Virus record (IMG/VR): IMGVR_UViG_3300033067_000395
Span: 1 to 31,919 of that record
DNA from: a virus
Taxonomy: Duplodnaviria > Caudoviricetes
Strand: one strand, 5' to 3'
Length of the DNA stretch: 31,919 nucleotides
In this document: positions 25,346-31,919 of the stretch, one piece after another
Numbering within the stretch: the first letter of the stretch is position 1
Layout of the letters: each line of letters starts with the position of its first letter
Position numbers and translations under genes: made by a program
Notes under the pieces: generated by a model
Databases searched by the model: none
Told to the model about the DNA's origin: nothing
What the model saw: only the letters and a program-made list of their open reading frames with translations

Positions 25346-26215
25346 TTATTTTTTAATAAAACTAAAAATATGTTCTATTATTGGTAATGTCCAACCATCA
25401 CCTAAAAGACTTGCAGCGTGATTTCTTGTAAGTATATCGCAATAATCATCAGGAAAACCTTGAAGTCTACAAAGCTCTATTTTATTTAAAATCCTCACAT
25501 TTTGATTAGGTTTAAATTCAGGATTGTCAAATACTAAATTAATCATTCCAAGTTCAGTATATCTTTTATATAATTTATCTTTGTTTACTAATTGTCTTTC
25601 TTCGCTTTCTAATATAGCTCTTGCTTTTTTTCTATCAGTATACCCTGAAGTTAAAACGTCTTGAAATAATTTTCCTTTGTCTTTAGGTTGTGGTATATCT
25701 GTAATTAAATCACCAAACATACCATCTTCTTTTGTTCTTATATTACTCCAATAATATCTATCTCTTGAAGCAGCAACAACTAATTCAGAATTAATACGAA
25801 CAGGATAAACACCTAATGCTATACTCATAATTCCAATATCTAATTTATTAGCACTTCCTACATTTTCTTGAAAAAATAAAACTTTTGAATTTAAAGATTT
25901 TATGTGTTCTAAAATTTCAATAAAAGTAAAAAACAAACTCGATTTTTTTCCATTTATTCCAGCACGTTTCCCAGCTGCTGACAAATCCTGGCAAGGTGAT
26001 CCGCTTAAAACCAAATCAATACTTTTCCAATCAATATCCCATTCTCTCCATTTTGTAACGTCTCCAACTTGTATTGTATCTGGAAAGTGATGTTGAGTTA
26101 ATTCAATAGCATAAGGCTTTATCTCACTAGAATAGTATTTATTAACTTTTATGCCTACATTTTCCAAAGCTTGACGTCCTGTATTCATTCCGTTAAATAG
26201 TGATAATACATTCAT
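25346..26215 (-). CDS. DNA (cytosine-5) methyltransferase
   Basis: Motif I SLFNG, GDV, catalytic GSPCQDLS, ENV, R.R.YW, E..RLQGFP and LGDGW. Confidence 0.9.
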   Translation of the reverse strand: MNVLSLFNGMNTGRQALENVGIKVNKYYSSEIKPYAIELTQHHFPDTIQVGDVTKWREWDIDWKSIDLVLSGSPCQDLSAAGKRAGINGKKSSLFFTFIEILEHIKSLNSKVLFFQENVGSANKLDIGIMSIALGVYPVRINSELVVAASRDRYYWSNIRTKEDGMFGDLITDIPQPKDKGKLFQDVLTSGYTDRKKARAILESEERQLVNKDKLYKRYTELGMINLVFDNPEFKPNQNVRILNKIELCRLQGFPDDYCDILTRNHAASLLGDGWTLPIIEHIFSFIKK

Positions 26216-26403
26216 TTTTTTACTGGTTTTAATTTTTGCAGTTTTACATTTAAGCCATTTCTAATAATACAAAGGTCTCTCGCTTTTATAGCTTCAATCT
26301 CAGTATCGAAAAACCCGCAAAAATATGTTACTCCAAAGTGAGTAACTTTTGATTGATATTTGCAAATTCCTCTTTTGTAATTTACTCCGGTGTACTTATT
26401 CAT
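26212..26403 (-). CDS. Stand-alone AP2-domain DNA-binding protein
   Basis: KYTGV......KYQSKV...G.....G.FDTE.EA.KARD motif. Confidence 0.75.
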   Translation of the reverse strand: MNKYTGVNYKRGICKYQSKVTHFGVTYFCGFFDTEIEAIKARDLCIIRNGLNVKLQKLKPVKK

Positions 26404-26593
26404 TTGCTAAAATTTCAGTTATTGCCTCCTTTTCCTGGATGATAAGAATCTCAAATATTTGTCGTTCGTGAATTGTTAACTCTCCCAAGGTTCTGCCGTT
26501 TAAAGTAACTCTTCCATTTACTAAAACTAATTTAATTTCGTGCGACAATCTCTCTCCTTGCACCATTGGCTCAGTTCCGATAATTTTTTCCAT
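26396..26593 (-). CDS. Hypothetical protein
   Basis: Co-oriented; (AAAATC)3 leader. Confidence 0.6.
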   Translation of the reverse strand: MEKIIGTEPMVQGERLSHEIKLVLVNGRVTLNGRTLGELTIHERQIFEILIIQEKEAITEILANE

Positions 26594-26594
26594 T

Positions 26595-26774
26595 TTATTT
26601 TGATTTTGATTTTGATTTTATTGGTTCGTCATTTAAATAAGGTTTTGTTATTTCAGCTATAAAAAGCTTTATTTGGCTTTGTATTGGCTTAGGCAGTAAA
26701 TCATTGTATTTAAATGTTTCAATACCTCTTTTGTACTTTGGCTTTCTTCCTGCTCCTCTTTCGTTTTGTATCAT
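26595..26774 (-). CDS. Small putative DNA-binding protein (59 aa)
   Basis: Hand translation MIQNERGAGRKPKYKRGIETFKYNDLLPKPIQSQIKLFIAEITKPYLNDEPIKSKSKSK; GAGRKP basic motif. Confidence 0.6.
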   Translation of the reverse strand: MIQNERGAGRKPKYKRGIETFKYNDLLPKPIQSQIKLFIAEITKPYLNDEPIKSKSKSK

Positions 26775-26779
26775 TGTTT

Positions 26780-26938
26780 TTATTTTAAAGATTTCATGTA
26801 TTTTATTGCTGGCTCCGGATTTCCGTAAGCTTTAAGAAATTTTGTTGAAATTGTAATCCCAAAAAATAGAATTTTTTTGTGGACGTAAAACATTTTCTCT
26901 TTGTAAGTAAGCTCGTAAACTTTTTTAAATGGTTTCAT
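26780..26938 (-). CDS. Small hypothetical protein (52 aa)
   Basis: MKPFKKVYELTYKEKMFYVHKKILFFGITISTKFLKAYGNPEPAIKYMKSLK; ATGA-coupled. Confidence 0.55.
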   Translation of the reverse strand: MKPFKKVYELTYKEKMFYVHKKILFFGITISTKFLKAYGNPEPAIKYMKSLK

Positions 26939-27144
26939 AATCCTTTTTCTTTTTTAAATATTTCTAATAGTTCTTTAGTATTATATTCGGTATATATTAT
27001 ATCTTCATTATATTGAATTACTAACCATTCTGCAAATTTAATGGCAAAATTATCGCATATTTCTATACAATCATTTGTGTCAAATTTTAAAAAATGAGGT
27101 TTAGAATTTTTTAATACTTTTTCAAACTTTTCTTTTAGTTTCAT
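26935..27144 (-). CDS. Hypothetical modular protein
   Basis: Ends in the ELLEIFKKEKGL module. Confidence 0.7.
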   Translation of the reverse strand: MKLKEKFEKVLKNSKPHFLKFDTNDCIEICDNFAIKFAEWLVIQYNEDIIYTEYNTKELLEIFKKEKGL

Positions 27145-27404
27145 ATTGTATCGTATATTGATAAAATTATTTGTTTTTCTTTTTGCTCTTCGTAAGTAAG
27201 GACTCCGAATGTTGAAAGTGAACTCTCAAGCTCAGATAATCTTTTTAATTGACGTTGCAATAATAAACAATGCTTTACTTTATCCTCAAACTTTCGTTTT
27301 ATTCGATCCAATTCCTCAATAAGCAATTGTTCCTCTGTGTAAATTTCCTCGTCTTCACGCTCTCTCTCGTAGCCTCCAGCTTTCCAAGTGTCGTAATTAT
27401 TCAT
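27141..27404 (-). CDS. Hypothetical early protein
   Basis: Overlapping, co-oriented ORF (MNNYDTWK...). Confidence 0.6.
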   Translation of the reverse strand: MNNYDTWKAGGYEREREDEEIYTEEQLLIEELDRIKRKFEDKVKHCLLLQRQLKRLSELESSLSTFGVLTYEEQKEKQIILSIYDTI

Positions 27405-27561
27405 TTGTTAATTCGTTTATAAGTTCAACACATTTCTCAATACTCTTTGCGTTACCTATTGGCTCCTCGCTGTTGTCCATATTCCAGAAAATAAATTTAC
27501 TTTCCGGATGAGCTGGATAATAATTATCGTTAAGCTCAATTTTGTAGTTTTTAAAAGTCAT
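27397..27561 (-). CDS. Hypothetical early protein (probable start MTFKNYKIE)
   Basis: ATG 27561 overlaps the end of the upstream ORF. Confidence 0.55.
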   Translation of the reverse strand: MTFKNYKIELNDNYYPAHPESKFIFWNMDNSEEPIGNAKSIEKCVELINELTNE

Positions 27562-27733
27562 TATTTTTTGTTTTAAGTTTCCAAACACCTATTGAACTAT
27601 TTGTTTTGACTGGTTCATAATCTCTGCATTGCCAATTTTTTACTAAATTTATTCCTATAAAATTATCAACTATAATAAAGTAAAAACTTCCAAAAGCCCA
27701 GAAATAAGTTTCTGTTTTATATCCTGGCTTCAT
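27551..27733 (-). CDS. Hypothetical early protein
   Basis: ATGA-coupled ORF. Confidence 0.55.
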   Translation of the reverse strand: MKPGYKTETYFWAFGSFYFIIVDNFIGINLVKNWQCRDYEPVKTNSSIGVWKLKTKNNDF

Positions 27734-27822
27734 GATCTAAAAATGATTTGAAATAAAACATACATTGCCATTAAATAAGCGAAATTTTGTTGATTGATTG
27801 ATTTTGATAAAAAGTTTTTCAT
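27730..27822 (-). CDS. Small membrane peptide (30 aa), first gene of the early operon
   Basis: MKNFLSKSINQQNFAYLMAMYVLFQIIFRS follows the promoter and an AAAATCAAAC leader. Confidence 0.55.
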   Translation of the reverse strand: MKNFLSKSINQQNFAYLMAMYVLFQIIFRS

Positions 27823-27843
27823 TGTGTTTGATTTTGGTTATTA

Positions 27844-27891
27844 AATTAATTTCTTGGACAAATTTAATTTAAATTTTTTAATTACCAAATA
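27844..27891 (-). promoter_or_regulatory. Strong Bacteroidota sigma promoter, repeat copy 3
   Basis: TTTG (27889-27886) - 19 nt - TAAATTTG (27866-27859); similar to copies 1 and 2. Confidence 0.8.
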
Positions 27892-27911
27892 AAAAGATAA
27901 AAAAATTTAAT

Positions 27912-27941
27912 AAAAAAAAGCCACTCAGTTAGAATGGCTTT
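27912..27941 (-). terminator. Intrinsic terminator ending the late operon
   Basis: AAAGCCATTC...GAGTGGCTTTTTTTT hairpin and U-tract. Confidence 0.8.
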
Positions 27942-27964
27942 GATTTACAATGGTTTAACTAAAA

Positions 27965-29176
27965 TTAAAAAATGTAATTATTGATTGTTTTTTGACTTAC
28001 ATAATAATTGAAAGTTGTAAAACTGCTCCTTGTATTTTTAAAATTAACCTTTACCCAATCGGAAGGAGGACTAAATGCACCAAAGTTTTGATACTCAAAA
28101 GCTGTCGAGCTGGTTAAGTCAAAAAGTAATTGATGACTGTCTCCCTTTGAAAATTCAATTTGATAACAATGCAATTTATATTCGTCAATGTAATTTTTTA
28201 TCTTTTCTATTTGTACGGCATCCAGGTGCGGTTTAAATCCAAATTTCAAACTCTTATCGTCTTTACCATGGGTTAAAATAAAACAACGATTTTGGACCAA
28301 ATAATGATCGATAAATTTTCTTTGATTAGTTACTGAGACATTTTTATATTTAAGCTCAATATATGCCTTAAAAGCCGAATTAACAATATAACCAAAAGCT
28401 CCTGAGTGATTATCGTTGCAAATGTTTACAATTTGGATATTATCGTAATACTGGACCAAAGCATCAACTAAAGTTATTTTGAAAGTCAAAGCAACATCAA
28501 ACGCTTTTTGATTATCCATATTTTGAGGCAATTGATGACCTCCTCTGGTTGTCATTCCATTATAACCGTCCATAAAATCGCCTAACTCATGAATTAAAAG
28601 TATGTTTGATTTTTGATTGTTTATGATTTCATTTACAAAAATATCTCTGCGTTTAAATAGCTCCTCTTCGTTCCAGGCTCCGTCATATAAAGAATGACCA
28701 TCACTAACTTTCATTCCAACGTGAACGTCAGTTAAAACAGCTCGATCAAATAAAGCAATTTGCTTAACTTTTTTAGCCTTAATTTCAACCGGTGTAATTT
28801 TACCCTCAAAAAACTTTGAGAAGTCAATTTCCTCTAAATTTACCTTTGTTTCTTTAGTTGGCTCTGTAATAATCCATTGTTGACCATTTGAAACGTTTGT
28901 TGAAACTCTTTTTATTTCATGGTTTGAAGGAATATCAATTAGTTTCTTTTGTCCTAACTTTTCAACTGTGGAAATTACTTTACCACTATCGTTTAAAGTT
29001 CTCCTAATCTCTTTAAACTCAGTATTGTGAAAATCCCTAAGTTTATTAAGTTGCTCAATCTTTTGCTTTGAAAGTGAATATTTGCAATTGCCTTTCGTTC
29101 CTAATTTTCTGTTTTTCAAAACCAAACCCAAAGCAATAGCTTCCATTTCGGTTAATCTAATTCTTTGATTTGACAT
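27965..29176 (-). CDS. Calcineurin-like metallophosphoesterase
   Basis: TDVHVG, LGDFMDG, NDNH, THG and GDSH motifs after a long N-terminal extension. Confidence 0.8.
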   Translation of the reverse strand: MSNQRIRLTEMEAIALGLVLKNRKLGTKGNCKYSLSKQKIEQLNKLRDFHNTEFKEIRRTLNDSGKVISTVEKLGQKKLIDIPSNHEIKRVSTNVSNGQQWIITEPTKETKVNLEEIDFSKFFEGKITPVEIKAKKVKQIALFDRAVLTDVHVGMKVSDGHSLYDGAWNEEELFKRRDIFVNEIINNQKSNILLIHELGDFMDGYNGMTTRGGHQLPQNMDNQKAFDVALTFKITLVDALVQYYDNIQIVNICNDNHSGAFGYIVNSAFKAYIELKYKNVSVTNQRKFIDHYLVQNRCFILTHGKDDKSLKFGFKPHLDAVQIEKIKNYIDEYKLHCYQIEFSKGDSHQLLFDLTSSTAFEYQNFGAFSPPSDWVKVNFKNTRSSFTTFNYYVSQKTINNYIF

Positions 29177-29219
29177 ATATTAGATTTTTTTTATATTACG
29201 GAGTGCAATATAAGTTAAT

Positions 29220-29681
29220 TTATAGAAACAATTTATTTTTGATTTGTCTATAAACAAACATTCCGGCCGGAATAAGTAGAAGCCAGAAATAAACAAAATT
29301 GTTCGCTTTTTTATCTGTGGTTTTATTTTTTGTGATTTTATTCTCTTGTTTCTTTTTAGCAACTTGTTTTGAGGCTTTTTTAGACACAATTTTAGTTGAG
29401 GTATCTGTATGCTCATTTTTGCTTTTTTTATATCTTAAAACAGCGTTTTTATAGCTAATTCCGTTTATTACCATTTCAACACCGCAAACCTCTGGAGTAA
29501 TTTCTACCTCTTCGTAGTTTTCAACTATTTTAATATTGTTGTTTATTGTAGAAACTGAGTCTTTTTTCTCAATTGAGATTGAGTCGGATTTTATTGCAAC
29601 CTCGCTTTTATCAATAGTAACTTTTCTGGATGCACATCCAATTAAAGTAAATACTAAAAATAAAATTGAAAGTTTTTTCAT
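29220..29681 (-). CDS. Lipoprotein with C-terminal TM helix (spanin-like)
   Basis: Signal peptide with lipobox LIGC; C-terminal FVYFWLLLIPAGMFVY followed by basic residues; directly after the endolysin. Confidence 0.65.
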   Translation of the reverse strand: MKKLSILFLVFTLIGCASRKVTIDKSEVAIKSDSISIEKKDSVSTINNNIKIVENYEEVEITPEVCGVEMVINGISYKNAVLRYKKSKNEHTDTSTKIVSKKASKQVAKKKQENKITKNKTTDKKANNFVYFWLLLIPAGMFVYRQIKNKLFL

Positions 29682-30136
29682 TAGTAGTTAGTGTAGTAAG
29701 TTTTAATTCCGTTTCTCTTTGCTCTTAAAACTTGTTTTCTGTTATTGTCTTTTGAATAAGAAACGTGTACCCAATCCGGATTTTTATCGGTCCCAAACTC
29801 AAAAATAAGCTGGTCAAAATCTAAATTTTCTTTTATGTAGTCAAAAACTTGTTTGTTTGTTATACTGGTCCCATCTACATCGATGTCAATGGCTTGACCT
29901 GAGCAATGTTGGCTCTTTGCAGCTCCATTAACGGCATTGTTTAAGATTCTGGAACGGTAACCGCTAGAAATGTGAATAGGAACCTTAAAATGGTCCCTAA
30001 TCGGTTGAAATACATTTAAAGCCAATTCCTTTAAATTTTCTAAATGCTCAGAGGTTGGCATATTGTTTATGCCTCTCCTTTTTGCCGATTCACTTCGTAC
30101 AACTTCGGCAAGTGATAAATTTTTAGATAGTTGCAT
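29681..30136 (-). CDS. Endolysin, peptidase M15 family
   Basis: SSGYRS, SQH..GQAID and WVHVSY zinc-peptidase motifs. Confidence 0.9.
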   Translation of the reverse strand: MQLSKNLSLAEVVRSESAKRRGINNMPTSEHLENLKELALNVFQPIRDHFKVPIHISSGYRSRILNNAVNGAAKSQHCSGQAIDIDVDGTSITNKQVFDYIKENLDFDQLIFEFGTDKNPDWVHVSYSKDNNRKQVLRAKRNGIKTYYTNY

Positions 30137-30570
30137 TACTTTGTGATTTCGTCTAAGTCGCCCTTTATCTCCTTAGCTCTATTAAATGATTTTTTTAATA
30201 GTTGCCAAATATCAACCTTAAAAGTTTCCTCAATATTTTCTTTTATTGATACAAGCTCAACAAAGATTAAAAGAATGGCACATATTTTTGTAAACATAAA
30301 ATCAAACCCAAAAGCGGATTTGATAAACTCATTTAAAACATAATTGTCAATTAAATATAAAAACACAATACAAATTTCATACAAAGCCATTTTAGAAATT
30401 ATGTTGGATAATTTTCTACTTCTTATCGATTTCCAGCCGTTTAATTTAATGCTCTTAAATATTCCAGTAAAAGTATCTAAAACAATAGCCGATCCGACAG
30501 CAATTAAAAGTCCGTATATTGGAACAAATAATAAAATTAGACTTGTAAAAATGTAGTTTATGTATTTCAT
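30136..30570 (-). CDS. Holin (phage holin 4-like)
   Basis: Several TM segments, D..TG..K and E..SI.EN motifs; upstream of the endolysin. Confidence 0.85.
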   Translation of the reverse strand: MKYINYIFTSLILLFVPIYGLLIAVGSAIVLDTFTGIFKSIKLNGWKSIRSRKLSNIISKMALYEICIVFLYLIDNYVLNEFIKSAFGFDFMFTKICAILLIFVELVSIKENIEETFKVDIWQLLKKSFNRAKEIKGDLDEITK

Positions 30571-30576
30571 TTAATA

Positions 30577-30599
30577 AAAGGGGATGCCTCAACACCCCC
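30577..30599 (-). terminator. GC-rich hairpin with U-tract just upstream of the holin start
   Basis: GGGGTGT-TGAG-GCATCCCC-TTTTATT. Confidence 0.55.
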
Positions 30600-30606
30600 A
30601 GACTTT

Positions 30607-30771
30607 TTAATTAACCAATTCCTTTTCAACTTCTTTTTTCTCTTCCTCTTTTGGAGCTACAACGTTAATCGCTTGAGCTACTGCTACTGCGTCTTGTAAT
30701 TGTAATAAACCTCCTTTTTGAGCTAAATGAGCCACTTGTACTAAAATCTCAATTGCTTGTTTTTGATCCAT
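30607..30771 (-). CDS. Small hypothetical protein (54 aa)
   Basis: MDQKQAIEILVQVAHLAQKGGLLQLQDAVAVAQAINVVAPKEEEKKEVEKELVN; -7 element TATCTTTG at 30807-30800. Confidence 0.7.
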   Translation of the reverse strand: MDQKQAIEILVQVAHLAQKGGLLQLQDAVAVAQAINVVAPKEEEKKEVEKELVN

Positions 30772-30816
30772 TTTGATTGATTATTTAAAATTAATTTCTC
30801 AAAGATAATAATTTTA

Positions 30817-31134
30817 TTATTGATTTGGTAAACTTAATTGCACCATAACTGGATTGTTGATTAAAAAAATCGCATCCTCAATTTGTTTCTCCAAAGCCTC
30901 TACGTCTAAAATAGACTCCAACCAACCTACAACAATTTCCTGAGTTAGTTCCTTAAAAGGAATGTAACCCTCTGCCTCCGGAGCCGGAAAACTTTGTGCT
31001 CCATATACATCACTTGAAACACCATTCTCATCTGTTCCTGTTAATCTCCAATGTACTGTTTGAACTACGTTTGTTAAACCGTCTTCGTCAATTACGCAAT
31101 CTAACGGGTTTGTTACCCAATTAAAATTTATCAT
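30817..31134 (-). CDS. Tail-fibre-associated small protein
   Basis: Directly follows the tail fibre; VV..VHW and F.ELT.E.V.GW motifs. Positional call. Confidence 0.55.
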   Translation of the reverse strand: MINFNWVTNPLDCVIDEDGLTNVVQTVHWRLTGTDENGVSSDVYGAQSFPAPEAEGYIPFKELTQEIVVGWLESILDVEALEKQIEDAIFLINNPVMVQLSLPNQ

Positions 31135-31135
31135 A

Positions 31136-31919
31136 TTATTTGTTTTTTAAAATTTCTATTTCTGCTTTTAGTTCTTGTATAGCCTGAACTAAAATTGGCA
31201 CTAATTTAGAGTAATCAACTGATTGCATTTGTTCAGCATCTTTTTCTCCTGTAACTGCTTGTGGTATTATTTCCTGTAACTCGTGTGCTTTTACACCATA
31301 AGAACGTATATTTTCAGATTTCCATTTATAATCATAAGTTTTAATTTTAGAAATTAAATCTAAACCTGAATAACTTCTAAAATCTTCTTTTAATCTGTAA
31401 TCAGAAACCATATTATAAGAAGTCCCAACAGAAGTAACTGAAATGCTTCCAACAGTAGTTGAACCTCTTAAAAAAGTAAATACATCTCCATTTGTATTAT
31501 TTGAACGTTGAATATAATTTGAATCTGTAATTGCTAACCAATTATAAGATTTTCCAAAAGTTGCACCTACACTTGTATTTCCTGATGAAGTAATTGCAGT
31601 TGTAGTTCCAACTAATACATCACCACCTGAAGTGATACGCATACGTTCTGAACCATTAGCGAAAAAATTCATAAAATTTCCACCGTGATCATAATTTAAT
31701 ATACCTGAACTATCTGTTGATGAATTACCAAAATATAAAGTACCTCCGCCCGCTACTCCCGAAGCAGAAGTTGATTTTAAAACAACATCAATATAAGCAG
31801 TACCTCCAACAGATAATAATCTTGAAGGACTTGTTGTTCCTATTCCTAAATTACCCGAAGAATCAAGCGTTAATCTACGAGTAGAAGTACCACCTGAATT
31901 TGTACTCCAAAGGTCTAAT
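31136..31919 (-). CDS. Tail fibre C-terminal part with S74 intramolecular chaperone domain
   Basis: Open from the window end; GNLGIGTTSP and ERMRITSGGDVLVGTT repeats; SDYRLKE cleavage motif, G..AHELQ...P.AV and VDYSKLVP.LV.AIQEL. Confidence 0.9.
   Translation of the reverse strand, partial: LDLWSTNSGGTSTRRLTLDSSGNLGIGTTSPSRLLSVGGTAYIDVVLKSTSASGVAGGGTLYFGNSSTDSSGILNYDHGGNFMNFFANGSERMRITSGGDVLVGTTTAITSSGNTSVGATFGKSYNWLAITDSNYIQRSNNTNGDVFTFLRGSTTVGSISVTSVGTSYNMVSDYRLKEDFRSYSGLDLISKIKTYDYKWKSENIRSYGVKAHELQEIIPQAVTGEKDAEQMQSVDYSKLVPILVQAIQELKAEIEILKNK

Noticed and set aside
16133-27891. CRISPR array or att sites from the dispersed repeats
   Set aside because: Repeats are irregularly spaced, match promoter consensus or coding modules, and no cas or integrase gene is present.
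29180-29416. Overlapping ORF as a possible embedded Rz1
   Set aside because: No signal peptide or lipobox; low-complexity basic sequence.
34-30556. All plus-strand ORFs in the track (e.g. 3843..4136, 12918..13235, 14532..14933, 17417..17707)
   Set aside because: They lie antisense to well-supported minus-strand genes, mostly start with TTG/GTG and have no recognisable motifs.
31136-31919. Diversity-generating retroelement acting on the tail fibre
   Set aside because: No reverse transcriptase and no template/variable repeat pair seen.
1-31919. Stop-codon reassignment or tRNA genes
   Set aside because: Core genes are intact in the standard code, all three stop codons are used, and no intergenic cloverleaf was seen.

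Overview
The window appears to be a complete, circularly assembled 31,919-bp AT-rich siphovirus genome. Its TAnnTTTG promoters and SD-less A-rich leaders point to a Bacteroidota host, probably Flavobacteriia. The two ends join in frame inside one tail-fibre gene, and every credible gene is on the minus strand. Gene order in transcription direction: early/accessory genes, C5 and N6 DNA methyltransferases, SSB, NinB/NinG-like proteins, replication initiator, HNH-AP2 endonuclease, MazG-like protein, terminase, HK97-type head, tail, tail fibre with S74 chaperone, holin/endolysin/spanin-like lysis genes and a metallophosphoesterase. I see no integrase, CI-type repressor, tRNA, CRISPR or reverse transcriptase. 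Four signals stand out. (1) Two leaders of unrelated sequence, before the HNH nuclease and the replication initiator, fold into the same pseudoknot with a tandem-GA internal loop. (2) A promoter-hairpin element at the early/late boundary is antisense to the (AAAAUC)n leaders of many phage genes and to its own downstream start region. (3) A set of early proteins is built combinatorially from shared short DNA/peptide modules. (4) Three structural genes appear to be leaderless. All calls come from reading motifs by eye; no database searches were run.
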